Shown here one piece after another: positions 10,101 through 23,500 of a stretch of DNA of 48,783 bases (position 1 is its first letter; the number at the start of each line of letters is the position of its first letter). Made by a program: the position numbers and the translations under genes. The DNA is from Octopus bimaculoides (Eukaryota). The stretch lies in assembly GCF_001194135.2 (NCBI RefSeq), contig NC_068995.1:47647627-47696409 (forward strand), written 5' to 3'. The notes under the pieces are model-generated. The model did no database searches, was not told the origin of the DNA, and worked only from the letters and a program-made list of their open reading frames with translations.

Positions 10101-13100
10101 NNNNNNNNNNNNNNNNNNNNNNNNNNNNNNNNNNNNNNNNNNNNNNNNNNNNNNNNNNNNNNNNNNNNNNNNNNNNNNNNNNNNNNNNNNNNNNNNNNNN
10201 NNNNNNNNNNNNNNNNNNNNNNNNNNNNNNNNNNNNNNNNNNNNNNNNNNNNNNNNNNNNNNNNNNNNNNNNNNNNNNNNNNNNNNNNNNNNNNNNNNNN
10301 NNNNNNNNNNNNNNNNNNNNNNNNNNNNNNNNNNNNNNNNNNNNNNNNNNNNNNNNNNNNNNNNNNNNNNNNNNNNNNNNNNNNNNNNNNNNNNNNNNNN
10401 NNNNNNNNTATATATATACATGTAAGTGTGTGTGTCTGTGTTTGTCCCCCCAACATCGCTTGACAATCAATGCTGTTGTGTTTACATCCTCGTAACTTAG
10501 CCGTTCAACAAAAGGGACCGATAGAATAAGTACTAGGCTTACAAAGAATAAGTCCTGGGGTCGATTTGCTCGACTAAGGGCGGTGCTCCAGCATGGCCAC
10601 AGTCAAATGACTGAAACAAGTAAAATAGTATGGAAACTAAAATGGGAGGGAAGAGAGAAAGAAAAAAGCAACCGGAAACGGAGAAAAAGCTATACTTACA
10701 AGGATCTTTGTTGGCAAGGGAACAAACAATGGTCAAGACTGGATCCAGACATTTCAAGACCACAGAATAAAGTACCATTTTACCAAGAGACGGAGCAATG
10801 GGGAAGTCTGCCAAATGATGGCCCAATTCAGTTAGATCTTCCCAAGGATCTAAGGCATCGATTTGCTGAAGAGGAAATCAAATTCAGAAAACTGAAATCT
10901 AGCTGTGATTTCATTTTTTAAAAAATATTTTTATTAAATTTATTAATTAATTAATTTTTTAACATTTACTGCGGGGTTAAGAGGTCTGCTTCTCGACTGA
11001 ATGTCTTTTAGCTCAGTGTGATTGTGTAGTAACTTGGGCAACTATCTTCTTCTATAGCCCAAGGCAAACCATAGCTTTGTGAGTGAATTTGGTAAATGGA
11101 AACTAAAAGAAGCTCATTATGTACAAACATATATATGTGTGTGTGTTTGTATGTGTATGGAAAACAGAACTTAATGATGATAATGAAATGTGTGTATGTG
11201 TGTACGAGGGGGTGCTGAAAAGTTCCTGGCTTTGGGGAAAAGAAAATACAGGAGAATCAGTTAATAATGATTTTATACAACATGTTTCCCTCTCAGTTTC
11301 ACAAGCTTATTGCAGTCAGTCCTTCAGTTTTTCTAAGCCCTGTAAAAGAACTGAGGGTTAAGCCTCCAGCTAGGCCTTTCGCAATACCCTTAACCCTTTT
11401 GTTACCATATCTCTGTTGAAATAATCTATGTTTCTTTCAATTAACCCTTCTGGTACCAACCTGGCCGAAACTGCTTCTGGCTCTGTAGTACAAATGTCTT
11501 GTTTTCAAAAGTTCTGAATTAAAATCTTCCACCAAACCTTAGTCACAATTTATGTTCCTAACACTAGCTTAATGGTAACTATGTTATTTTACTAAATTCA
11601 TTGTTATATTTAGAATTAATTGAAACGAACACAGAGCATCTCAACAGAAATATGGTAACAAAAGGGTTAAAGTTCCATATTAGCTTATGTCCCAAACACC
11701 AGTTTAATAATGACAAAGTTATTTTATGGAGTTCTTCATTATTTTTAAAATTAATTGAAACAGTTTATTTAAACAAAGATTTTATAACAAAAGGGTAAAT
11801 CAAAAGAGAGGAGGCATGGCCTAGGGATTAAGTAAGTGGTCTCTCAATCAGGGGTTCAATTCCCAATCCAGGAAGCACTTTGCTTCATGTTGTTCAGTGG
11901 ATAAAAATGAGTATTGAAATTGAGGGAGAGCTTAGTCAGCATCAAGTAGTCAGTGATATGAGCAAAAACCAATAGGCATTAAAAGGGTCGCCTCCAGCAG
12001 GAGCCTGATATAACCTAGATTTACCCATTAGTCTGTATTAATTAATGGTGTAATCAATCTGCCTGTTCACTCTGCAAGGATTGCTAATTTGTGAGTGATT
12101 TTGCATGGGAGAGAGAGAGCCGCAAAGTGAATCAGTCGACCAAAAAGTTATACCTGTACCCTTGGTATCAATAAATTAATATAGTATTATTGAATGCTGT
12201 GATCCACAAAGGAGTAGGAGTACCCCTACAGATCTCACTATCAAGTTATACCTAGGGCAAACAGATAAAACAAACAAAAAAGTAAAAAGAAGACAAGATT
12301 TAGCATGGTTTCAATTGTTGGTAAGAGAAATATTGCTGGCAGTACAGCAGTTACCTTCAACAGCTGGAGAGCATTGCGGATGATAAGGAAACTGGGAGCT
12401 TGGATAGCATTGGAGAGAAAGTCAGCAATGGATGTGCTTGAAGGGGCAATCATTTTGGTTTGCAAACAGAGTTCCTGAAAGAAAGAATAAAATGAGGATA
12501 AAACAGTGGGACTGTGTGTGTGTGGTGTGTTTATGTTACCATCGTCATTTAACATCTGTTGTCCATGCTGGCATGGGTTGGATGGTTTGACTGGGCTAGC
12601 ATGCTGGAAGGCTGCGCCAGGCTCCAGTTTGGTTTGGCAGAGTTTCTACAGCTGAATGCTCTTCCTAAAGCCAACCACTTCGAGAGCGTAATGGGTGCTT
12701 TTACGTGCCACTGGCATGGGTGCCATTTGCGCAACACCAGTCTGTGCCACGTCTGCGATTTTGATCAGCTTGATGGGTCTTTTTCTGAAGCATGACATAA
12801 TGCTAAAAAAAGGTCATTGCCTCCATGGGGCCCAACACTTGAAAGGAGTTTGGCCACTATGCCTCCATGAGGCCCAATGCTCAAAAGGTACTCAGTCACT
12901 TTGCCTCTTTAGAAATCAGGAAAATCTTGAAGGTAGAAGAATAGCTGTGAAAATGGCTTTAGAAAATTAGCCAAAAATACCCTTATACACAAAAAAAAGT
13001 GGCCAGCACTACTGCAAAGAATCAAAGTCTGTACCTCTGAGAGGTATTTTCACCTGATTTTCTGAAACTGTTTTTACAGTTATACTCTTGCACTCAAGAT

Positions 13101-16100
13101 TTTCCTTATCTCAACAAATAAGCCACTCACTTAAAGCTTCAATATTTGTTTATAAAAATATTCCAATACACACACACATATACAGTTTATTGTTCTGTTA
13201 TAGGTTAAATCAACAAAAAAAAAGGTACTCCATCCAGTGAGACATAAATATTATTGGCGATCTTTCGCTACCAGTTCCAAAGCTGTCACTTAAGCCACGT
13301 GTTTCTTTACATCACATCGGCCTTTTCCGTAAAAGGGTTTTAGGGTTACGGTTAGGGAATTCCGTCCCTAACCCTAACCCTAAAACCCTTTTAAGGAAAA
13401 GGCCGATGTGATGTAAATAAACGCACGTGGTTCAAGTGACAGCTTTGGAACTGGTAACGAAAGATCGCCATATTATTTAATATACACAATTTAAAACAGA
13501 ACAGAGCTGCTAATAATTTCATGCTGTAGAGATGCAATGATTTGGCATCAACCTTCTTCACAACTTTCTTCATTTTTTTCTCATAGACCAGCATCTTGGT
13601 TTTCAAATAAGTCTAACAGTATGCACTGAGCCTGAAAGATTGCTTGGAGACAATATGGGATGCTGTATAAATCTGCCAAATTATTGTGTCTCCACAGCAT
13701 GAAACTATTAGTAGGTCTTTTTTTAATTGCTTGGCATGAAACCGATCTGTGGTGCAAGAAAAGTTTACGAACCGCTGGTATAGAGAACCCTTCAATGGAT
13801 CAATGATGACAATAAGTGATGTGATGATGACAATGACAAGGACGACACAGCTGAATAAAAATCCCACTTACATGTAGGGGTAACCGTAACAGTTCTGGGA
13901 CTTGGTATTGCTCCAGGTTGTCGTGACGTATTCTGCTGAACAAGTGATAGCAAACACCTGGTTGAACTCGTCCGGCACTGAAAGAGACAACAAGAGGGAT
14001 GATGACTATTAGATGAGAGAATACTACGCCAAATGTTGGCTATCAGTTGTCCCGAAGATTAACATGACAGAAGACAACTGATAGGGTTTTAGTTGATCAT
14101 ATAAGTTCTGATACTTATTTTACTCTGGTGCTGAGAATGGCTACAACTCAATAAACTAACTTAAGCAAATACAGCCTTTTTATGATATTTCTGTTGAAAC
14201 ACAGTCATTGCTTCAATTAATTTAGAAAATCATTAAGAATTTCATACAATACTTTGCTATTATTAAACTAGTGTTTGGAACATAAATTGACATGAATTTC
14301 GGAGGTAACGTTTTAGTTCAGATCACTGTTTTGAAGCCAAATTTCTATTGAAATATTTGGCATTTATTTCAGTAATTTTGAAAAAAATGAAAAATCTAGA
14401 AAAATACGTTGTCATTATTAAACTGGAGTTTGGAACAAAATTAAGATGAGTTTTTGATAGGTTTTAATTAAAGACTCTTGAAAACAAGAAGTTTGTACCA
14501 CAGAACCAGGAGCATTCTCGGGCAAGTCGGCAGCAAAAGGGATACACACACAACAGGTACTCACAGAGTTTCCATTAACCAAATTCCAAAACATAAGGCA
14601 TTGGCTAAGAGGAAAGTAGAGTAGGAGACACTTGCTGAAAATGCCACATAGAGAAATCAAAATCTAGAATTACTTGGTTGAGAAACTAACTTCTTAAGCA
14701 GATGGATATGACAGCACCGCATCGATATGCTGAATAAAACAAAGAACTGGGGACACGAATAAAAATACAAACTTGTTACCAATTCAAATATGCTTGAGGC
14801 GAATTTGAACCCATAAGAAAGCCAGTCACTGTATTTTGTCATGAAGAGAATTTCTTGTTGAAGAAAAATAGGTGTAAATACACTGAATCAGTCTATAACC
14901 TCCACTAATGGCTGGATGCATGCATTTCACAGCAGTTATCTGCTCTTCAGCAACAGATGCTGCAAAGTGTCGAGAGACGGGTCCCTCTTACGATGTTCCC
15001 GGCATTGCTCAGTGACTAGTTGCCCTATTCATCAGCTCACTGTAAATAATAAAATACGGGGTGACAACACTGAACAGTGATGTGTACAAATACAAACTTG
15101 TTGCTAGTTGAAATATACTTGAGAGGCATATTTGAATCTGTTTTGTCACAGAGAAAATGTCTCACTGTATACAAATAGGTGTAAACACACTGAGTCAGAT
15201 CATGGAGCCCCCTAACCAGACTGCTGGATGCATTCATTTCAGAGTGTTTATTTCTTCTTCAGCAACAGAGACCAGAAAGCAGACACTGTGAACAAATAAA
15301 AATGGTGAATTGATACCTACCGGCCCTTTCTCTGTAAAGCATTTGCTTTGGAAACCCAATGAGTTTTTAACATGGTCACAGAACAAAATGCATCAAAGGA
15401 TTTCTGGAAAATAAAGACAAACTAAATTAGATTTTCTTGTCCCTTGCCTCGGTGAGGCCCCACAATTAATAATATCAAATTATATAAACAAAACAAGCAA
15501 GCAAGGAGAAGGATGAGGAGGTGGTGGAGGAGAAGGAGAAGTAGGAAGAGGAGGAGACTAACCTCTTTCATTTTCCCTGAGTCAATTACGTAGATAACAT
15601 CGTTAATGGTGAGACTTGTTTCAGCAATGTTTGTTGAGAGAATCTGAAGAATAAATAAATAAATGTAAAAAAAAAAAAATAAATAAATAAATAAATAACT
15701 AAAGGAAGCATCATCAAAATACCAATACCTGAATATAATATTGGTTAACAACTACCTGTACTACCAATGAATGGCGTTCTGGATGAAGAAGTATGCCAAA
15801 TTTATTGCCACAATACCACTGTCAACCACATAATTCAATAATCTTGGAATCTGTTCTGTCTTAAGGAGTTATCTCCTCTTACATGCAATATAACAATTGA
15901 CAAAATAGAACTAATACATTCCTAAATCTCTCAGAGAGATTTATGCAGTAGTGATGCGATAAAGTAGTTGTATGCTGTCAACTTAATGTGATAGTCCCAT
16001 GAAGGGAATAATACTACTGCTATTTAGCCCTAAGAAGCAGCACTGTTTCCTGTCAGCCTTGACACATTTTCTGTGTCCCTTGTAAACATAAGGACACAGA

Positions 16101-17891
16101 AAATGTGTCAAGGCTGACAGGAAGCAGTGCTGCTTCTTAGGGCTAAATAGCAGTAGTATTATTCCCTTCAGGGGACTGTCACATTTAATTGACAAAAATT
16201 GTTCAGAAAACAGCATCAAGGAAAAAGAAAAGAGCACGTGACTTTTAAGGTTATCTCCCTTTACCATTCTGATTATTCTTTCAAATGTAGCGCTTATTTG
16301 TTCGCATTGTTTTGGATTGATCCTGCATTATCTCATAGATTCAAGATTTGATTGATGCGATTGTATATTTTCAGAATGATATTGCAGGGAATGTGTGCAA
16401 GGGCAGGGCTAGCTGGTTTGAACATAAAACAACTAGAATATTAGAGCTGGATTTGGCCAGTTTAAATGTTAAAGGGTTACATACAGAAATAATAGGTTAC
16501 GTACAATTTTCCTCACTCCTGGAGGAGATGGTTTAAAAACTCGTTTCTGATCCAGTGACTGCATAGAGGAGTGTAGCATAAAGAGAATATATCTGAAAAT
16601 AGGTCATAAACATATATGTGAAAAGTCAAAATGGAACATGGAAATGGTTAATGACAAACGACAAATAAACAGGATAATTCTCATCAGAAATAAAAACCAA
16701 ACTCAAGTCTAGTTTTGGCATATTTAAAGTCCAAAGACTTTAAATGACATGGTACTACTCGAGTGTAATTGATGCTACACGTGTTATTGTAAATATGATT
16801 TCATAGTTTCTTATTTCTTTATTGCCCACAAGGGGCATATATATATATTCCTTTCTGTTGAAGAGCATAGGCTTGAAACATCAAAACCTTTTCTATTACC
16901 TGAGCATCAAACTAATACATCTTGTCTGTTGTTCCTTCCCTGTCTCTGTCTTTTGTTTTTGCACTTTGTACAATTTTGAACCATACACGCACACGGACAC
17001 ACACACATATATATAGTATCTCCTGATTGGCTCCCATGCTGGTGGCATGTAAAAAGCACAACCTAAACATGGTTGGTGTTAGGAAGAGCATCCAGCTGTA
17101 GAAACTTTGCTAGATCAGATTGGAGCCTGGTGCAGCGTATTGGCTAGCCAGTCCNNNNNNNNNNNNNNNNNNNNNNNNNNNNNNNNNNNNNNNNNNNNNN
17201 NNNNNNNNNNNNNNNNNNNNNNNNNNNNNNNNNNNNNNNNNNNNNNNNNNNNNNNNNNNNNNNNNNNNNNNNNNNNNNNNNNNNNNNNNNNNNNNNNNNN
17301 NNNNNNNNNNNNNNNNNNNNNNNNNNNNNNNNNNNNNNNNNNNNNNNNNNNNNNNNNNNNNNNNNNNNNNNNNNNNNNNNNNNNNNNNNNNNNNNNNNNN
17401 NNNNNNNNNNNNNNNNNNNNNNNNNNNNNNNNNNNNNNNNNNNNNNNNNNNNNNNNNNNNNNNNNNNNNNNNNNNNNNNNNNNNNNNNNNNNNNNNNNNN
17501 NNNNNNNNNNNNNNNNNNNNNNNNNNNNNNNNNNNNNNNNNNNNNNNNNNNNNNNNNNNNNNNNNNNNNNNNNNNNNNNNNNNNNNNNNNNNNNNNNNNN
17601 NNNNNNNNNNNNNNNNNNNNNNNNNNNNNNNNNNNNNNNNNNNNNNNNNNNNNNNNNNNNNNNNNNNNNNNNNNNNNNNNNNNNNNNNNNNNNNNNNNNN
17701 NNNNNNNNNNNNNNNNNNNNNNNNNNNNNNNNNNNNNNNNNNNNNNNNNNNNNNNNNNNNTATTCTATCAGTCTCTTTTTGCCGAACCGCTAAGTTACGG
17801 GAATGTAAACACACCAGCATTGGTTGTCAAGTGATGGTGGGGGGGACAAACACAGACACACAAATACACATACATATATATATCTATATAT

Positions 17892-17930
<39 letters not shown>

Positions 17931-20452
17931 TACGACGGGCTTCTTTCAGTTTCTGTCTACCAAATCCACTCACAAGGCTTTGGTCGGCCCGAGGCTATAG
18001 TAGAAGACACTTGCCCAAGGTGTCACGCAGTGGGACTGAACCCGGAACCATGTGGTTGGTAAGCAAGCTACTTACCACACAGCCATCTAATAAAAGAATA
18101 ACTTGAATAATGTGGTTGTATGTGAAACTCGAAAAGGAACCAACGTGATTCATTTACAAGAAGTCTTTCGCTAACATCTGGTCTTCAGATGTGTGGTCTC
18201 CTCACTCCACATTTTCTCTTGCTACTACAACAGTTTCTGCTCCACAAAACTAGTTATTCGCATGTCATTTGATCCAAGTAGAGATGAGCTGAGATGGTTG
18301 AGTTAAATTTAAAAAAAAAAACAACTTACCTTCAGAAGAAGTAGTACATATCTTATGGATAAGATACATGATGAGGTCTTTGTCAATTTTGTCATCATCA
18401 AAACACTGGTGGTAGATGTTCAAAAGTTCTCTGTCTTGGGGTGTCATATTTTCAGATGACTTCACTAGAACTGTGTCCGATGTGACATTGTCCTCTGGAG
18501 AATTCCTATCACACACAATGCAGAAAATGGTTACAGAAATAAAAGGAAACATGCAAATGTCAACAGAGTGGACATAGTACCAAGTAAGAAGCTATACAGT
18601 GTTAACCCTTTCGTATCTAAACCAGTCATACCAGACCAAAATATTCCACCTGTTTTAAAGTTCAAACTGGTCAGATCCAACCTCTTACACCAACCCTACA
18701 ACGTCACACAAAAATAAATATATTATCAAAATCTCAAAGCTATAAATCTCAGTGGTTAGAGCATCGAGCAATCACGAGGTAGTGAGTTCGTACTACTTCA
18801 AAATGGTGTTTTTTTTATGTGCCACCTGCACAGGAATCAGTCCAATGTTTTGTTCCCATGCCACCGGCACGAGTGCCACACGACGGGCTTCTTTTAGTTT
18901 CCCTCTACCAAATCCACTCACAAGGCTTTGGTCGGCCTGAGGCTATAGTAGAAGACACTTGCTCAAGGTACCACGCAGTGGGACTGAACCCGGAACCATG
19001 TGGTTGGGAAGCAAGCTTCTTACCACACAGCCACAACAGTTCAGCAAAAAAAAGGATTGACAAAATAAGTACTAGACTTTAAAAAGACAAAAAAGTGCAG
19101 GAGTTGATTTGTTTGAGTAAACTCATCAAGGCAGTGCCCCAGCATGACCACAGTCTAATGACCAAAACAAGTAAAAAGACAAAAAGATAAAACAAGTACA
19201 AAATTTATATTTACCGATAACTTTCCAGAAGCTCCAGAATCTCAGCTCTTTGGAATTTCTTAGCCCATTCAAAGACAGTCCAATCATTGGATGCCTGGAC
19301 ATTGACGCTTGCTCCCAGACTCAACAACCTTTCGACTACATCAAAGTAGCCTCGACCGGTGGCTATCATTAACGCTGTCGCACTGGTTTCAGAATGCTTG
19401 TAGTCGACTATGACAAACAGAAGGAAAAAACATGAGAAATGATGACAAAACAAAAATAAAGGAACCCCTACCACCAAAAAAAATAGACATTGGGTCATTA
19501 AAAAGCTCACTTTGCAACATGGGTTCTAGGTTAAGTCCCATTGCATGGCACCTTGAGCAAATGTTTTCTACTATAGCCCTTGGCTGACCAATGTCTTGTG
19601 AATGAATTTGGTAGATGGAAACTGTGTAGAAGCCTGTCATTGGGATTCACAGAGGGGATGACAGACAGAGAACCAAGACGCCTGGTGGTTTGCTGTGCTT
19701 GGAAAGACATGTGAAGCTAAGTAAAAGTATGGTTGTCCTTGTGTACAGGCCCGTCCCTTGCAACCCTCTCCAGCTGAGCATCTCTAGTCTTGTGGGCTCA
19801 TAGCTGCTGGTGCTACGTAAAAGCACCCAATATGCTCTGTAAAGTGGTTGGTGTTAGGAAGGGTGTCCAGCCATAGAAACCATGCTAAAACAGACAACTG
19901 GACCCTGGTGCAGCTCTCTGTTTTGCCAGCTCCTGTAAAACCATCCAACCCATGCCAGCATGGAAAGTGGATGTTAAATGATGATGGTGAGGATGATGAT
20001 GATGACAGCATATTCTTTCATCAGAAGCTCCAGAATACCAGTCACATGGTATTGGTCACCTCAGGGATATAACAAAGAAAACTTGCCTAAGGTGCCATGG
20101 AGTGGGACTGAACCTGAAACCAAGAAATGGAATTGCTAATGGTGAACAGACTACAAGTGAACAGGTAAAATAATTAAGGATCCTTACCACTGATGCTCTC
20201 GTTAATAATTAAATTGAAAATCTGCTCAAAAGCTTCTTCACTGTCAGTGAGCCAAGCATCCGTGAGAAGTTGATCCATTTCTTTAATCAACCAGGGTTCA
20301 AGTTCGTCTTTCTCCTCTACAGACTTCTTGGAGGAGTAAAAGAAAAAAAGAAACAGAGAAAAAGAATATTGTTAGATCTCCATTTTAATGCAAACACACA
20401 GACAAACCCACATCAACATTCACAAATATACATTAAACACACTAACTATTCT

Positions 20453-20502
<50 letters not shown>

Positions 20503-23500
20503 TCATCATTATCATCGTTTAACATCCGTTTTCCATGCTGGCATGGGCGGGACAGTTTAACTGGGGACTAGCAAGCCAGGAGGCTGCACCAGGCTCTAAT
20601 CTCATCTAGCAATCTTTCTGCAGCTGGATGCCCTTCCTATCACCAACCACGCCGAAAAAGTAGTGAGTGCTTTTTACGTGCCACCAGCAAGAAGACAGGT
20701 GTACAAACAACAAGCAGATGTATTAGTTTGACGCTCAGGAAAGTGAAAAAGTCTTTTACATTTCGAGTCTACGCTCTTCAACAGAAAGGAACACAGGGAA
20801 ATAAAAAGAGAGAGAATAAAACAAAATTGTGGATTTAATTATCAACCATGGCAACTACATACATAGACAGACTGGCAGGTAGATAGATCTAATCCATGCC
20901 AGCATAGAAAATGGATGTTAAATGATGATAATGGTGCTCCAGCATGGTAACAGCCTTATGACTGAAAGGTATAAAAGAATATACATTTATATATATCGTC
21001 ATTGTTTAACATCGGTTTTCCATGCCAGCATGATACATACATTACACAATTACATGCAAAAGGTTGATAGTGACTTTGAAGTGTTGTCATGCTTTGTCTA
21101 ACAAAGGTGAGTAAGCTGAAACTTTGAAGTTACTGTCAGCTTTTCCTTCTAGAAGTTTATTAAACATGTCCTTTACTAAAAAGTTTTGAGTAGTCATTCA
21201 CCTCAATGTTAAATTGTTTTTGTATATAACTTGACATAAAAAAGAAAAATGTGTCAGCGGCCAGCCATGAGACTTGAACTCACACCCCTGTGATTATGTG
21301 TCGCAGTGCTCTACCTTTAAGCTACACTGTTCATGCTATATTATTAGCGTTATCCTGCATTTGAGAATAAAAAATTACTTCCTTAACTTTCTAGACATCC
21401 CAACACTTACCAACCACATGGTTCTGGGTTCAATCCCACTGTGTGGCACCTTGGGCAAGTGTCTTCTACTATAGCCTCGGGCCGACCAAAGCCCTGTGAG
21501 TGGAGTTGGTAAACGGAAACTGAAAGAAGCCCGTCGTATATATGTACATATATATGTGTGTGTGTTTGTGTGTCTGTGTTTGTCCCCCTCAACATCGCTT
21601 GACAACCGATGGTGGTGTGTTTTCGTCCCCATAACCTAGTGGTTCGGCAAAAGAGACCGATAGAATAAGTACTAGGCTTACAAAGAATAGGTCTTGGGGT
21701 CGATTTGCTCGACTAAAGGCAGTGCTCCAGCATGGCCACAGTCAAATGACTGAAACAAGTAAAAGAGAAAATAAAAGCGATATATATATATATATATATA
21801 TATGAGGGAGGCCCAAATGTAACTGGAAACATTCTCTTTGGGACAAACTCGTTGTAGTTCAGGCTGACCTCGGCGGGATTTGAACTTAGGAAATAAAGGC
21901 AGATGAAATGCCACTAAGCAATCTGCCCAGTGTGCTAACGATTCTGCCAGCTCACCGCTTATTAAGATATTGACAAAAAAATAATTACCTCTAGGGCTTT
22001 ATCTAACACTTCCAAGTTTTTACCAGCCATTTTAGTTCGGTAAGGCTTGTCTTCGGATTCGTTAGTCAGGCTTAATTTTCTGCTACACCAGTCACTTAAT
22101 TGCTTCTGTTGTTTCTCCACTAAAAGACACGAAACAGTGCAAACAAATTACTATATTGTAATTACATTAGAAAGAAGGGAAAACAAAATTCGTTATGATT
22201 ATTTTTCTTTTAATTAGAACATGAAGCAGGAGCCTGATTTAGATGCTTAAATTGCAGATGCTGACACAGTAATTTACCAGCTCCAGCATTTGATTTTTCA
22301 GAAGTGGAGAGAATGGTAAAATAGCCAAACTTGCAATCTTCAGTTCAGTCTTCGTGTCTATTCTCATCACTGGTCAGGAACGTCGGGTAATGACCAAAAG
22401 AATACAATTACAAATACAAGCAGCCAATTTTACCATTCATCCTTCGTGCCGGTGGCACGTAAAAGCACCTACTACACTCTCGGAGTGGTTGGCGTTAGGA
22501 AGGGCATCCAGCTGTAGAAACTCTGCCAGATCAGATTGGAGCCTGGTGTAGCCATCTGGTTCACCAGTCCTCAGTCAAATTGTCCAACCCATGCTAGCAT
22601 GGANNNNNNNNNNAGATTGGAGCCTGGTGTAGCCATCTGGTTCACCAGTCCTCAGTCAAATTGTCCAACCCATGCTAGCATGGAAAGCGGATGTTAAACG
22701 ATGATGATGATGCTGATAGGATTCGAACCTATGCAGGGAGACCCCAATGGATTTCTAGTCCATCACCTTAACCACACGGCCATGTCCATCATCATCAGCA
22801 TCAAATGGTGTTTTTTTACGTGCCACCTGCACAGGAGGCAGTCCAATGTTTTGTTCACATGCTACAAATTGATCTTCTAAAAGTGTAAAAGCTGGAATGG
22901 TGTTAACTAAAATGAAATTCAAAATAAAATCTAAAAAAAAAAACTCACCATTTGATAATTCTCTTTTAGATCTTTCCATGGCTTTGGTGGAATAGTTGGT
23001 CCTGAAAATAGTTCATCGCTCATATAATAGATGCTGTTGTGCATAAATATAGTTTGTGTAATGCAAGGGGAACTAACACTAATCAAACTGAAGTTAACTG
23101 AATGAGTGTGTGGGTGTCTGTGTGTGCGTGTGCAGGGGTGTACAGACAATCATGGTTATCATCAATTTATATCGACCTTCCATGCAGGCAAGGATTGAGC
23201 AATTCAACAGGACCAAAGCAGTTGGAGCACTACACTTGCGTTATAATGTCTTAGTTTTGGCATACTTTCTTGCAGCTAGATGCCCTTCCTTACACCATAT
23301 ATTTTACTGAGTGTATCAGGTGCTTTTCTCATGGCATAAGGTCACTTTGTAACTAGCAAGACCTATGTATATATATATTACATGGAAAAATGAGAGCAAG
23401 AGAAATAATATTATTATTTTATGTGTTAATCTTGGCTTTCCTGCTGATGATAGCTGGCCTTGCAAAATATTTCATTTTGCTAAAAATAGCTTGAAACCAT

